Assembly (NCBI GenBank): GCA_037128705.1
Contig: JBAXVX010000005.1
Coordinates: forward strand, 34,155-98,154
Direction: 5' to 3'
From: Bacteroidota bacterium
GTDB taxonomy: Bacteria > Bacteroidota > Bacteroidia > Bacteroidales > FEN-979
Length of the DNA stretch: 64,000 nt
Positions 1-10,254 of this stretch are shown here, in pieces (the first letter of the stretch is position 1; every line of letters begins with the position of its first letter). The translations under genes and the position numbers were made by a program. The notes under the pieces are model-generated. The model was not told where the DNA came from and made no database searches. It was given only the letters and a program-made list of their open reading frames with translations.

Positions 1-751
1 TATAGGTCCCTGCAATGAATGCTTTCTCTTCCCTGGTGCCGTATTTCCCGATCCCCTTCTTAAACAGGGCGTCTACATCGGGCAAGTGTGTTTCAAAGGC
101 CTTCATGATGCTTTTCAGCGACCAGATGAATATCCCTGAATTCCAAAGAAAATCGCCGCATTGAAGAAAGGTTTCGGCGAGTTCAAGATTGGGCTTTTCG
201 GTAAAGGTTTTCACCTTTTTCAGGTGCTTTTCTTTGGGATAGGCATGTTTTTTTCCATCCACGTACTGGATGTAGCCATAGCCCGTATCGGGCCTGCTGG
301 GGCGGATGCCAAGGGTAAGCAGCCAGTCGTTTTCAGCGGCCGCCTGGAGGGCTGTTTCAATATTGTGGAGGAATGTATCTTCTTTCAGAATGATGTGATC
401 GGAGGGGGCTACCACGATGCGGGCTTCCGGATCGCGTTCAAGAATGCAATAATTGGCATAGGCAACACAGGGGGCCGTGTTCCGGCGCGAAGGCTCCAAA
501 AGAATCTGCTGGCTTTTGATTTCCGGAATCTGCGTTTGAACCAACTTCTTATAAATCTCGTTGGTCACGATATAGATGTTTTCTTTCGGGCAGATCCGCT
601 TGAACCGGTTATACGTTTGCTGGATCAGTGTTTCCCCTGTTCCGAGGATGTCGATGAATTGCTTGGGGTGGGATGTGCGGCTCATGGGCCAGAACCGGGC
701 ACCGATGCCGCCGGCCATGATCACGCAATAATTGTGTTTTGATTTCGCCAT
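1..751 (-). CDS. manC: mannose-1-phosphate guanylyltransferase, N-terminal ~250 aa (3' end beyond left edge)
   Basis: Absent from the ORF track because it is truncated. The reverse-strand ATG at 751..749 gives MAKSKHNYCVIMAGGIGARFWPMSRTSHPKQFIDILG..., the nucleotidyltransferase glycine loop typical of ManC/CpsB. The + ORF 161..742 is its antisense shadow. Confidence 0.8.
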   Translation of the reverse strand, partial: MAKSKHNYCVIMAGGIGARFWPMSRTSHPKQFIDILGTGETLIQQTYNRFKRICPKENIYIVTNEIYKKLVQTQIPEIKSQQILLEPSRRNTAPCVAYANYCILERDPEARIVVAPSDHIILKEDTFLHNIETALQAAAENDWLLTLGIRPSRPDTGYGYIQYVDGKKHAYPKEKHLKKVKTFTEKPNLELAETFLQCGDFLWNSGIFIWSLKSIMKAFETHLPDVDALFKKGIGKYGTREEKAFIAGTY

Positions 752-789
752 GCCAGAGGGATTTAATTTGATACAAACATAATCAAAAA

Positions 790-824
790 GATTTACGATT
801 TGTGATTTGCGAATTACGAATAAA
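790..824. repeat. degenerate 7-nt tandem repeat, 5 units (GATTTAC GATTTGT GATTTGC GAATTAC GAATAAA)
   Basis: Read directly from the sequence. Lies between the SprT-like stop (847) and the manC start (751). Confidence 0.8.
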
Positions 825-846
825 TAATGTGTACCAGTTTGATATA

Positions 847-1545
847 TCAGGCAGATGTCACCGGAGCCCCGGCACTGACAAGATAGATGCGATTGGTATT
901 CATGCAGATACACCGGTAGCGGGTTCTCATCTTCTCCTTTTTACGGAAGATCCTGCGTCCATGCAGGGTGAATATGGCATCAAACGGCAGCTCTTCAAGC
1001 CGAACCGTGGTGTCGGGCGGATCCTGGGTTTTCAGCACTTTCGACAGCAGATGGTCTGCCGAGGAGGAGGCTTTGGGATTTTCGAGGTATTGGATCAGCA
1101 CAGGAAGGATATGAGGAGGAAAAACCTCGCTGTTGAGGTAGGGCTGCATCAACTGCCGGAAGGATTCCTTCCACTCTTTTCCATGGGGCAGCGGCCTCGG
1201 TTTGCGGCGCAGGCTGAACTTCTGCAATACCCGGCTGTGATTAAGTTCAACATGATGATGTGCCAGTTCATGCACCAGGGTGATCAGGAAGGCGAAGGGA
1301 TTGAGGGTCCCGTTAACAGTGATCTGGGCGGGGCTCCCTTTGTGAGGTGCACGGAAATCGCCGGTTTTGGAGGTGCGGTGATTTACCACCTTCAGGTTGA
1401 TCGGGTTTTCACGGATCTGCCTCACAACCTCTTCTATGGCACCTTCGGGAAGGCGTGGGCCGAGTGTTGATCTGACCTTGTCTGCCAAAGGGGAGGATGC
1501 CCGCTTTGCTTCGGGTGGCCTGGTGTGAAAGAGGGAGAGCTGCAC
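847..1545 (-). CDS. SprT-like zinc metallopeptidase domain protein
   Basis: HExxH motif in LITLVHELAHHHVE. 232-aa ORF. The start codon is GTG with no upstream ATG in frame, so the start is uncertain. Confidence 0.55.
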   Translation of the reverse strand: MQLSLFHTRPPEAKRASSPLADKVRSTLGPRLPEGAIEEVVRQIRENPINLKVVNHRTSKTGDFRAPHKGSPAQITVNGTLNPFAFLITLVHELAHHHVELNHSRVLQKFSLRRKPRPLPHGKEWKESFRQLMQPYLNSEVFPPHILPVLIQYLENPKASSSADHLLSKVLKTQDPPDTTVRLEELPFDAIFTLHGRRIFRKKEKMRTRYRCICMNTNRIYLVSAGAPVTSA

Positions 1546-1776
1546 GATGTTCCTGTTGGCTATTTAAACTTTGGACAATCACACCCTTTGGGATGCGATC
1601 CTGAATGAGACGGATACCGCTTTGAACTGCACCCCCCGGCAACCAACATCATGATGACCGGGAAAGCCAGTAAAAATGTACGCAAGCGCGATATCTTCAT
1701 CATCCTTGTTTTCGGGGGTAAAAGTAGGAATAAAACGTAGATTCAATGAATTTTGGTATTTTAGCAAAAACATTTT

Positions 1777-2520
1777 ATGCTGAAGGTTTTTTCTACCACC
1801 GGGGAATATGTGATGCTGATGCAAAAGGTTTTCAGCCGGCCGCAAAAGCGCAGGATCTTCTGGAACCAGCTGATGACTGAAATCAACAGCCTCGGGCTTG
1901 AATCGCTGGGCATCGTTGCTTTTATCTCAGCTTTCATGGGAGCGGTGGTGGCCATCCAGACGGCCTACAACATCACCAGTCCCCTCATTCCCATGTCGAT
2001 GGTGGGCTTCACTGTGCGCCAGAGCGTCATCCTTGAATTTTCGCCCACCGTGATTAGCCTGATCCTGGCCGGGAAGGTCGGCTCGAGGATTGCCTCCGAG
2101 ATTGGCACCATGCGCGTCACCGAGCAAATCGACGCATTGGAGATCATGGGTGTCAATTCGGCAAACTTTCTTATTTTCCCCAAAATCGTTGCCTCTATGC
2201 TGATCAACCCGGTGCTGATCGTTTTCAGCATGTGGATGGGCATCCTGGGAGGCTGGCTGGCCATGGTTGCCACAGGGCTGGTCTCCACCAATGATTTTGT
2301 TCAGGGAATCCGGATCGATTTCCTGGGATACACGATATTTTATGCATTGACGAAAACTGTGTTTTTTGCCTTTCTTATCTCCTCGATTTCCGGTTTTTTC
2401 GGGTACATCACGCAGGGGGGAGCCCTGGAAGTCGGGCAGGCCAGCACGAAAGCAGTAGTTTTCAGCAGTGTGATGATCATTCTTTTCAACCTGGTGTTAA
2501 CACAACTTTTGCTCACATGA
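1777..2520 (+). CDS. mlaE: MlaE/YrbE-family ABC transporter permease
   Basis: Multi-TM protein with the MlaE signature GTMRVTEQIDALE. ATGA overlap with the downstream ATPase gene. Confidence 0.8.
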   Translation: MLKVFSTTGEYVMLMQKVFSRPQKRRIFWNQLMTEINSLGLESLGIVAFISAFMGAVVAIQTAYNITSPLIPMSMVGFTVRQSVILEFSPTVISLILAGKVGSRIASEIGTMRVTEQIDALEIMGVNSANFLIFPKIVASMLINPVLIVFSMWMGILGGWLAMVATGLVSTNDFVQGIRIDFLGYTIFYALTKTVFFAFLISSISGFFGYITQGGALEVGQASTKAVVFSSVMIILFNLVLTQLLLT

Positions 2521-3263
2521 TCGAAGCCCGCAATATAAGTAAAACCTTCGGCGAAAATCATGTGCTCAAGGATGTTAACTGCTCTTTTGAGAAGGGGAAG
2601 ACGAATCTCATCATCGGGCAGAGCGGATCAGGGAAGACTGTCCTGATGAAATGCCTTGTGGGATTGTTCGAAGTCGACAGCGGCATGGTTGCCTATGACA
2701 ACCGCAACTTCACCACGATGAATTTCCAGCAGCGGAAAACCCTTCGGAAGGAAATCGGGATGCTTTTCCAGGGTGGCGCCCTGTTCGATTACCTGAATGT
2801 GGAAGGGAATGTGATGTTCCCGCTGAACATGTTCACCAACCAGCCCCTGGCCGAAAAACTGGAACGGGTCAATTTTGTCCTGAAGCGGGTCAACCTTGAG
2901 AATGTCAATAAGCTCATGCCCTCCGAACTCAGCGGCGGCATGCGGAAACGTGTGGCCATTGCCCGGGCCATTTCCATGAACCCGCAATATCTTTTCTGCG
3001 ATGAACCCAACTCGGGGCTCGACCCCCAGACTTCGGGCGTCATCGACCGGCTGATCCAGGAGATCACCCGGGAGTACAACATCACCACCATTGTCAACAC
3101 CCATGATATGAATTCAGTTCTTGGCATCGGCGACAGTGTGGTCTTTATCTACAAGGGAGAACTGTGGTGGAAAGGGGATAAAGAGACCATCCTGCATACT
3201 CAAAACCCCGAACTGAACGAATTTGTTTTCGGTACAGAACTTACTTCGAGGTTAAAACGATAA
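2517..3263 (+). CDS. mlaF: ABC transporter ATP-binding protein (MlaF-like)
   Basis: Walker A GQSGSGKT, ABC signature LSGGMRKRVAIARA and Walker B LFCDEPNSGLD. Confidence 0.85.
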   Translation: MIEARNISKTFGENHVLKDVNCSFEKGKTNLIIGQSGSGKTVLMKCLVGLFEVDSGMVAYDNRNFTTMNFQQRKTLRKEIGMLFQGGALFDYLNVEGNVMFPLNMFTNQPLAEKLERVNFVLKRVNLENVNKLMPSELSGGMRKRVAIARAISMNPQYLFCDEPNSGLDPQTSGVIDRLIQEITREYNITTIVNTHDMNSVLGIGDSVVFIYKGELWWKGDKETILHTQNPELNEFVFGTELTSRLKR

Positions 3264-3273
3264 TTCAGCCGCC

Positions 3274-3777
3274 ATGAATTTTATTGATTATGTCATTATC
3301 ATCCTTGCCGTGCTCTTCGTAATCGATGGCTACCGCAAAGGGATCATCATCAGCCTGGCCAGCATTGCCGCGCTGATCCTGGGAATTTACATCGCAGTTC
3401 ATTTTTCAAACTACCTTGATGCCACCCTCGTGGAACATGTGCGACCATCGAGGAAATGGTTACCCATCCTCTCTTTTTGCATCACCTTTCTGTTGGTGGT
3501 GATCGGGGTTATCCTGGTGGCAAAACTCATGGAAAGGCTGGTTGAGGTGGCCGGCATGGGATTCTTTAACCATCTTGGCGGCGCGCTGCTCGGGCTGGCC
3601 AAGGGAATTATCCTGGTAAGCATCCTGTTATTCATTGTCACCAGCGTCGATCCCAAAGGAAAATGGATCACCCATGAGGATAAAAAGGAATCCTTTTTTT
3701 ATACTTCTGCATCGGAGGTCTTTCCCAATCTGATGAAGCAGTTTGGAGGGGAGATCAAATTCCCGAACTGGAACTGA
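3274..3777 (+). CDS. cvpA: CvpA family membrane protein
   Basis: 167 aa with four hydrophobic segments. N-terminus MNFIDYVIIILAVLFVIDGYRKG is typical of the colicin V production protein family. Confidence 0.65.
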   Translation: MNFIDYVIIILAVLFVIDGYRKGIIISLASIAALILGIYIAVHFSNYLDATLVEHVRPSRKWLPILSFCITFLLVVIGVILVAKLMERLVEVAGMGFFNHLGGALLGLAKGIILVSILLFIVTSVDPKGKWITHEDKKESFFYTSASEVFPNLMKQFGGEIKFPNWN

Positions 3778-3787
3778 ATAGTAAAAA

Positions 3788-4873
3788 ATGAAATCAACTG
3801 CAATGCCCCGGCTGCTGATCGATGTTTATAAAACCAGGAATTTAAATTCAGGTATCGGCCAGTTTTCGGTCAATTTTGCGGAGACCATTTCAAAATATAC
3901 CGACCCCGGATACATCATTGATTTTTTATGTCCGCGAAATTTTCCCGGCGGAGATTGGGGACTTGTACATTTACAGAAGGTTAATTTCCAGAAGCGGTAC
4001 CTCCCGCGGTTTAACAAAACCTACGATATTTGGCATTCGCTCTATCAGTTCCCATCGCATATACCCAATCGTCGCTCAAAATGGATTCTGACCATACACG
4101 ATCTGAATTTCATGATAGAGAAAGAGAAACGGAAATCAACCCGCTACCTCAGCAAACTTCAGGATAACGTAAACAAAGCTGCTGCCATAACGGTAATCTC
4201 TGATTACACCAGGGCTCAGGTTCTTGAACATCTCGATGTAAAAGATAAACCACTGTACCGGATTTATAACGGGATCAGCGTGAAAACATTTCCGGGAACC
4301 CGGCAACCCTCTTTCTTGACCAACGACAGGTTTTTTTTCACGATTGGAATAATCACGGCAAAAAAAAATTTCAAGGTACTTGTGCCGTTGCTGCAAAAAT
4401 TCCCCGGTTATGACCTTGTGATTGCCGGGGAGAATGATTCGGCATACGCAAGAGGGATCCTTGAATTGGTTGATGAATTGAAACTTACCGGGAGGGTTCA
4501 TTTTCCCGGGAAAATTTCGGACAAGGATAAATATTGGTTATATTCCCATTGCCGTGCTTTTCTATTTCCTTCGCTGGCCGAGGGATTCGGGATGCCGGTG
4601 ATTGAAGCCATGCTTTTAGGAAAGCCGGTGTTCACCAGTATGTTTGCTTCATTGCCCGAAATCGGAGGCAAACATGCATTTTACTGGCAGAATTTTGATC
4701 CGGACCACATGGCAGAAGTGTTGAAAAACGGATTGTCAGTCTGCGATCGGCAAAAAGATAAATTTTCAACCGCAATGGTTGATTACGCTCAGAAATTTAA
4801 CTGGAGTAAATGTATTGACAACTACCTCTCCATGTACCGGCAGGTAACAGGTCTCAACAGTGTTAATCCATGA
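3788..4873 (+). CDS. glycosyltransferase family 4 (GT1-fold)
   Basis: C-terminal motif [16 protein letters not shown] is characteristic of GT4 retaining glycosyltransferases. Confidence 0.75.
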   Translation: MKSTAMPRLLIDVYKTRNLNSGIGQFSVNFAETISKYTDPGYIIDFLCPRNFPGGDWGLVHLQKVNFQKRYLPRFNKTYDIWHSLYQFPSHIPNRRSKWILTIHDLNFMIEKEKRKSTRYLSKLQDNVNKAAAITVISDYTRAQVLEHLDVKDKPLYRIYNGISVKTFPGTRQPSFLTNDRFFFTIGIITAKKNFKVLVPLLQKFPGYDLVIAGENDSAYARGILELVDELKLTGRVHFPGKISDKDKYWLYSHCRAFLFPSLAEGFGMPVIEAMLLGKPVFTSMFASLPEIGGKHAFYWQNFDPDHMAEVLKNGLSVCDRQKDKFSTAMVDYAQKFNWSKCIDNYLSMYRQVTGLNSVNP

Positions 4874-6053
4874 TGGCCTTTATGCCCGGAAGTTGCTTGC
4901 CTTCGATGTATTCGAGCATGGCACCTCCGCCTGTGGAAACATAGCTTACCTTGTCGGCCAGGTTGTACTTGTTGATGGCTGCAACAGAATCGCCGCCGCC
5001 TACCAGGGTAAAGGCTCCGTTTTCGGTGGCTTTCGCCAGGGCCAGGGCGACGAATTTGGTTCCCGCTTCATAATTGTTCATCTCAAACACGCCCATCGGG
5101 CCATTCCAGAGAATGGTACCTGATTGTTCAATCACCTGGTTAAATTTTGCACAGGATGAGGGGCCAATGTCGAGGCCCATCCACGGAACCTGGATATCAT
5201 ACGCGCTGCTGGTCTTTTTGTTGGCATCATTTGAAAAGGCGTCGGCCAAAACAGCATCCGCCGGAATGTAAAGGTTAATTCCCTTTGCTTTGGCCTTCTC
5301 CACAATGCATTTCGCCATTTCAACATAATCATCCTCTACCATCGACGCACCAATCTCTCCGCCCAGGGCTTTGATAAAGGTGAACATCATTCCGCCGCCA
5401 ATAATCAGGCTGTCGACCTTATCCATGAGGTGGTTGATGATCTCGATCTTGGTTGAAACCTTGGCACCGCCCAGGATGGCAGTAAAGGGATGTTTGCCAT
5501 CTTTAAGGCATTTGTCGATGTTGATGATCTCGTTGGCCATCACATAGCCGAACATCTTTGTTTCGGGGAAGAACTCGGCAATGATCGCGGTGGAGGCATG
5601 AGCGCGGTGGGCCGTACCAAAGGCATCGTTTACATACATATCTCCCAGCAGCGATAATTTCCTGGCGAATTCCTTATCGCCCTTTTCCTCTTCCTTGTAA
5701 AAACGAAGATTTTCAAGTAACAATACTTCACCGGGTTTCAGGGAGGCGGAAAGATCGGTAGCCGACTGACCAATGCAATCGTCGGCAAATTTTACCGGCC
5801 GGTTCAGCTTTTGAGAAAGATAGGGCAGAACATGTTTCAGGGAATATTTTTCCTCAGGTCCTCCTTTTGGACGACCCAGGTGCGACATCAGGATCACCGA
5901 ACCCCCATTGTTCAGAATCTTTGTGATGGTTGGTATCGTGGCATCAATGCGGGTAGTATCGGTGATGTGATACTGACCGTCGAGGGGTACGTTAAAATCG
6001 ACACGGATCAGCGCTTTTTTATTTTGAAAGTTAAAGTTATCAATTGTTCTCAT
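4863..6053 (-). CDS. pgk: phosphoglycerate kinase
   Basis: 396 aa. N-terminal [13 protein letters not shown], plus MSHLGRPKG and the C-terminal [10 protein letters not shown] motif. 11-nt convergent overlap with the GT4 gene. Confidence 0.95.
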   Translation of the reverse strand: MRTIDNFNFQNKKALIRVDFNVPLDGQYHITDTTRIDATIPTITKILNNGGSVILMSHLGRPKGGPEEKYSLKHVLPYLSQKLNRPVKFADDCIGQSATDLSASLKPGEVLLLENLRFYKEEEKGDKEFARKLSLLGDMYVNDAFGTAHRAHASTAIIAEFFPETKMFGYVMANEIINIDKCLKDGKHPFTAILGGAKVSTKIEIINHLMDKVDSLIIGGGMMFTFIKALGGEIGASMVEDDYVEMAKCIVEKAKAKGINLYIPADAVLADAFSNDANKKTSSAYDIQVPWMGLDIGPSSCAKFNQVIEQSGTILWNGPMGVFEMNNYEAGTKFVALALAKATENGAFTLVGGGDSVAAINKYNLADKVSYVSTGGGAMLEYIEGKQLPGIKAIMD

Positions 6054-6150
6054 GGTATTGGTTATTTAGAATAATGTGCGCAAAATTAAAATTTTTACAT
6101 ACGACAACGCAGATATTTTTAATTTTACCTTGATTTTTAAGTTTGGAAAA

Positions 6151-6951
6151 ATGCAGGATCTCACACTTACCATAGTACAAACAAACCTTTACTGGGAGGA
6201 GCGGGAGAAGAACCTGGATCACTTCGGTCAGTTGATTGAACGTATTGTTGAACCTACCGACCTGATCCTTCTTCCTGAAACCTTCAATACTGGTTTTTCA
6301 ATCAATCCAACCACCTGTGCCGAACCGATGGAAGGGCCATCCATGCAGTTTCTCCGGAAAATGGCCTATGAAAAAAATGCCGTGATCATGGCCACGCTGC
6401 TCATCCGCGAAGGGGATGGCTGCTTTAACAGGCTGGTATGCATGCACCCCGATGGAAAACTCAAAACATACGATAAACGTCACCTCTTCCGTTTAAGTGA
6501 AGAATATAAAATTTTCACAGCAGGCCACCATCAGGTTCTAATCGAGGTGAAGGGTTGGAAAATATCACCGGTCATCTGTTATGACCTGCGGTTTCCCGTA
6601 TGGAGCAAGAACACCTGGAAGAATGGAGTATATGGCTATGACCTTCTGGTATGCCTGGCCAACTGGCCTGCAACGCGTGCCCAGGTATGGAAAACCCTGC
6701 TGATGGCCAGGGCCATTGAAAACCAGGCCTTTGTCGCCGGTGTAAACCGGGTCGGCCAGGATGGTCATGGCACGGGACATACGGGCGACTCGCAGTTGAT
6801 CGATGCCAAGGGGAATGTGTTGTTCGCCGCTGCGGAAGGCAGGGAAGAGATACACACCATGAGCCTCTCGGCACAGGATTTAAGCCTTTTCCGTGAAGCA
6901 TTCACCGTTGGAATGGATTGGGATCATTTTTCAATTAACCTTAACAAATAG
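6151..6951 (+). CDS. carbon-nitrogen hydrolase family amidohydrolase (omega-amidase YafV-like)
   Basis: E-K-C catalytic triad context: LPETF, YDKRHLF, PVICYDLRFP. The internal ATG at 6151 (MQDLTLTIVQTN) is preferred over the track start at 6076, which would lie in the pgk divergent promoter. Confidence 0.7.
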   Translation: MQDLTLTIVQTNLYWEEREKNLDHFGQLIERIVEPTDLILLPETFNTGFSINPTTCAEPMEGPSMQFLRKMAYEKNAVIMATLLIREGDGCFNRLVCMHPDGKLKTYDKRHLFRLSEEYKIFTAGHHQVLIEVKGWKISPVICYDLRFPVWSKNTWKNGVYGYDLLVCLANWPATRAQVWKTLLMARAIENQAFVAGVNRVGQDGHGTGHTGDSQLIDAKGNVLFAAAEGREEIHTMSLSAQDLSLFREAFTVGMDWDHFSINLNK

Positions 6952-6954
6952 CGC

Positions 6955-7749
6955 ATGCCCAGGCTTTCGGTCATCATCATTGCACGCAACGAGGAGCATA
7001 ATATCCTCCGTTGCCTTGAGTCGGTGAAGCCGGTTGCCGATGAAATTGTGGTCGTCGATTCCATGTCGTCCGACCATACCGCCCGACTCTGCAGCGATTT
7101 TGGCTGCAAGGTTTTTCAGCGTGAATTCGACGGGTATGGAACACAAAAGCAATTTGCTGCAGACCAGGCCACGAACGACTGGGTGCTGTCGGTTGATGCG
7201 GATGAGGTTGTAACAGCAGAGTTGAGTGATGAACTGATGAAGATGTTCGGAAATGCAGGTGAAAAGGGAGCAGAATCTGCTGAAAAAAGTTTCATCGATT
7301 CGATGCCTTCCGGGTATTACATCCCCTTCAGCCTTCATTTCATGGGGCGTTTGCTCAGGCACAGCGGGGTTGGTAAGGAGGTTCACCTGAGGCTTTTTAA
7401 TCGAACCATGGGCGGATTTACCAAAGTTCCGGTACATGAAGGAATAGAGGTGAAAGGGTCAACAGGAACCCTCAGGGGGCGCATCATTCACTATTCTTAC
7501 CGCGATATCAGCCATCACCTTGAAAAGATCAACACCTATACCTCTCAGGCTGCCCAAGGGTATCAAAACAAAGGGAGGTCCTTCTCCACGTTCTGGGTCG
7601 CCCTGAAATTCCCCACCAGCTTTATTTCGTTTTACATTATCAAACGCGGATTTATGGATGGCTACCCTGGATTTATGTGGTCCTTCCTGGCAGCGGTGTA
7701 TGCTACCCTGAAAGTCGCAAAAACCATTGAATTAAAACAAAAGTCATGA
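6955..7749 (+). CDS. glycosyltransferase family 2
   Basis: N-terminal LSVIIIARNEE plus a DADE motif, typical of GT2 (LPS-core type). Confidence 0.75.
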   Translation: MPRLSVIIIARNEEHNILRCLESVKPVADEIVVVDSMSSDHTARLCSDFGCKVFQREFDGYGTQKQFAADQATNDWVLSVDADEVVTAELSDELMKMFGNAGEKGAESAEKSFIDSMPSGYYIPFSLHFMGRLLRHSGVGKEVHLRLFNRTMGGFTKVPVHEGIEVKGSTGTLRGRIIHYSYRDISHHLEKINTYTSQAAQGYQNKGRSFSTFWVALKFPTSFISFYIIKRGFMDGYPGFMWSFLAAVYATLKVAKTIELKQKS

Positions 7750-8558
7750 CGGTAATCGAACTTGTTATCGGTACGCTTTTGCTGATCGTATGCATTCTGA
7801 CGATCCAGTTTAGTTTCCTTATCCCGCGCAAAAAGGGGCTGCCTGTGCTGATGTATCACAAGATTCTTCAGACACACCCTGACGGACTTACCGTGACTGC
7901 CGATCAGTTCGACCACCAGTTGATGTACCTGAAGGAAAAGGGCTACCAGACCATTCAATTCAAAGCACTTAAAAACCTGATAAAAGATGGGGCTCCTCTC
8001 CCGAAAAAAACCATCATCCTGACCTTCGATGATGCCTACCTGAATTTTTTTGAACAGGCCCTGCCCCTGCTAAACAAATATAATTTTACCGCCACCGTGT
8101 TTGTTCCGGTGGCCTTTATGGGGAAAACGAACATCTGGGACCAGGGCGCCGATGTCCTTATGACCGCTGATAAGCTGAAACAGCTGGCTTTGCAGCATGG
8201 CATCGAGATCGCGCTACACTCATTTCTGCACAAGAGTTATGGAGATCTTGCGATTACCGACATGGAGGAGGATTTGAATAATTGCAGGCAAACACTCGAG
8301 TTTTACGGAGTTCCCTATTCCAAAGTATTGGCCTACCCTTATGGCGGCTATCCCAAAAAGGATCCTGAACTGAAGAGGCAGATGATTTCACTTTTTAAGC
8401 AGTTTGGACTCGACTTTGCATTGCGCATCGGAAACCAGATCAATCCATGGCCGATTCTTCAGCCGTTTGAGATTAAGCGCATCGACATCAAAGGAACCGA
8501 CAGCTTTTTCATCTTCAGAACGAAGTTGACAAAGGGTCGTGCCAAACTTTTTGCCTAA
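7746..8558 (+). CDS. polysaccharide deacetylase (NodB-homology domain)
   Basis: N-terminal TM segment, TFDDAY NodB motif, and His pair LHSFLH. ATGA overlap with the GT2 gene. Confidence 0.75.
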   Translation: MTVIELVIGTLLLIVCILTIQFSFLIPRKKGLPVLMYHKILQTHPDGLTVTADQFDHQLMYLKEKGYQTIQFKALKNLIKDGAPLPKKTIILTFDDAYLNFFEQALPLLNKYNFTATVFVPVAFMGKTNIWDQGADVLMTADKLKQLALQHGIEIALHSFLHKSYGDLAITDMEEDLNNCRQTLEFYGVPYSKVLAYPYGGYPKKDPELKRQMISLFKQFGLDFALRIGNQINPWPILQPFEIKRIDIKGTDSFFIFRTKLTKGRAKLFA

Positions 8559-8568
8559 TCCCCTTGCG

Positions 8569-10254
8569 ATGCCAAAGACCTGGAAAGAGATTCAACGTTA
8601 CTGGTACATTTTCTCCCTCATCGTGACCATGGGATCTCTTCCGTTTTCAAAATTCGGGATCAGCTTTGGACAATTTATGCTGACCGGCGGTTGGATCGTA
8701 GAGCGATTCGACATAAAAAAGTTCTTGTCATACATGGCAGGTCGATCCTCCTGGCAGGTCATCCTCCGGATATTTCCCTATTCAGTATACCTGCTGTTTG
8801 AAGGAATCATAAGCGGATTCAGGCAATTTTTCAGAAACAAGCCGGCATTGCTGTTCAGCTCGATCCTTCTGCTGCACATGCTGGGTCTGATGTTCACCAC
8901 CGACTACGATTATGCAATCAAGGATTTACGTACAAAATTCCCCTTTCTGCTGTTTCCCCTCTTTCTTTCAACATCCGCAGGTTTTGACAGGAAGGTATTT
9001 TTCAGGTTCATGCTGTTTTTTGTTCTTACTGTTCTGGTGCGGTCGCTTTTCAATACCTGGATGATCCAGACTCAGAATTTCATCGACATCAGGGATGTGT
9101 CGCGCAATGTTTCACACATTATTTTCAGCCTGTTGCTGTCGTTGGGTATTTTTACGCTTCTGTATATTTCCATGAAAAAAAGCATGTTCCCCACCTGGCT
9201 GAGGGGATTGCTCCTGCTGGTGATGATCTGGTTTTTTATCTACCTGGTCATTTCCCAGTCATTTACCGGTTTTTCAATCACCCTGATCACCATTCTTATA
9301 CTTATTCCCCTGATCATACTGAATGCCGGCAACCGCTGGCTTAAAGTCGGGCTGCTGGTGTTCACCCTGGCCGCCGCAATGGGGATATTTCTGGTTCTCA
9401 GGTCGATCACCCATGATTATTACCATGTAAATCCGGTGGATTTCAAAAAGCTTGAAAAGGTCACCTCCCGGGGGAACCCCTACATTAACAGCGTTCATGC
9501 GACCCAGACTGAAAATGGGAATTACCTCTGGATCTATATCCAGTGGGATGAAATGCGCAGTGAATGGAATAAGCGCAGCAAGATCCCATTCGACAGCCTC
9601 AACCTGAAAAATGGCCCGGTGGCGCATACGGTTGTCAGGTACCTGACATCAAAAGGATGGCGGAAAGACGGAGATGCCATCGGCAAGCTCAGCAGCGAGG
9701 AGATCCATGCCATTGAAAAGGGTGTGGCGAACTGTGTATTTCTGAAGGAATTCAGCATCAGGGGACGCATTTATGAATTCCTGTGGGGGTTCGACAATTA
9801 CATGGAAACCGGCAATCCAACCGGCTCCACCCTCATGCAGAGACTTGAATTCTGGAAGGCCTCATTGGGAATTATCCGCCAGAATTGGCTCACCGGGGTG
9901 GGTACTGGCGACATGAACCTGGTCTTCAAGGCGCAATATGAAAAGATGCATTCTAAACTTTCGCCCGATCAGCGGTGGCGTTCCCATAACCAGTTTTTAT
10001 CCATTTTCATTGGCTTCGGGATCTTCGGGCTGATGTGGTTCCTGGTTGCGATCTTTTATCCGCCGGTGATGAAGCGGCGACAAGATGATTTCTTTATGAT
10101 AGTTTTCCTGATCATCGCCGTTTTATCGATGCTTACCGAGGATACCATCGAATCACAAACCGGGGTGACCTTTTTTGTTCTTTTCTATTCCTTTTTCCTG
10201 TTTACAAGGAGGGAGAAAGATCCATTATTTCCTAAAACGATCGCACATGGCTGA
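8569..10254 (+). CDS. O-antigen ligase (Wzy_C)-like polytopic membrane protein
   Basis: At least 10 hydrophobic segments and a large loop. RSHNQFLSIFIGFGIFGL resembles the Wzy_C motif. The ATG at 8569 is chosen because the track start 8539 overlaps the previous CDS. Confidence 0.6.
   Translation: MPKTWKEIQRYWYIFSLIVTMGSLPFSKFGISFGQFMLTGGWIVERFDIKKFLSYMAGRSSWQVILRIFPYSVYLLFEGIISGFRQFFRNKPALLFSSILLLHMLGLMFTTDYDYAIKDLRTKFPFLLFPLFLSTSAGFDRKVFFRFMLFFVLTVLVRSLFNTWMIQTQNFIDIRDVSRNVSHIIFSLLLSLGIFTLLYISMKKSMFPTWLRGLLLLVMIWFFIYLVISQSFTGFSITLITILILIPLIILNAGNRWLKVGLLVFTLAAAMGIFLVLRSITHDYYHVNPVDFKKLEKVTSRGNPYINSVHATQTENGNYLWIYIQWDEMRSEWNKRSKIPFDSLNLKNGPVAHTVVRYLTSKGWRKDGDAIGKLSSEEIHAIEKGVANCVFLKEFSIRGRIYEFLWGFDNYMETGNPTGSTLMQRLEFWKASLGIIRQNWLTGVGTGDMNLVFKAQYEKMHSKLSPDQRWRSHNQFLSIFIGFGIFGLMWFLVAIFYPPVMKRRQDDFFMIVFLIIAVLSMLTEDTIESQTGVTFFVLFYSFFLFTRREKDPLFPKTIAHG

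Noticed and set aside
161-1470. + strand ORFs 161..742 (193 aa) and 802..1470 (222 aa)
   Set aside because: They are antisense shadows of manC (reverse strand, clear nucleotidyltransferase N-terminus) and of the SprT-like gene. Their translations are low-complexity with no motifs.
1546-1776. 230-nt gap upstream of mlaE containing small ORFs on both strands (for example a 64-aa minus-strand ORF from about 1773)
   Set aside because: No recognisable protein motif, RNA structure or promoter box that I could support. Left unannotated rather than calling a gene.
4863-4873. Convergent gene-end overlaps (GT4/pgk 11 nt; ferritin/DUF3109 17 nt at 22674..22690; kinase/small ORF 4 nt at 29396..29399) as possible antisense regulation
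   Set aside because: These are consistent with general genome compaction. Nothing in the sequence indicates a specific regulatory role.
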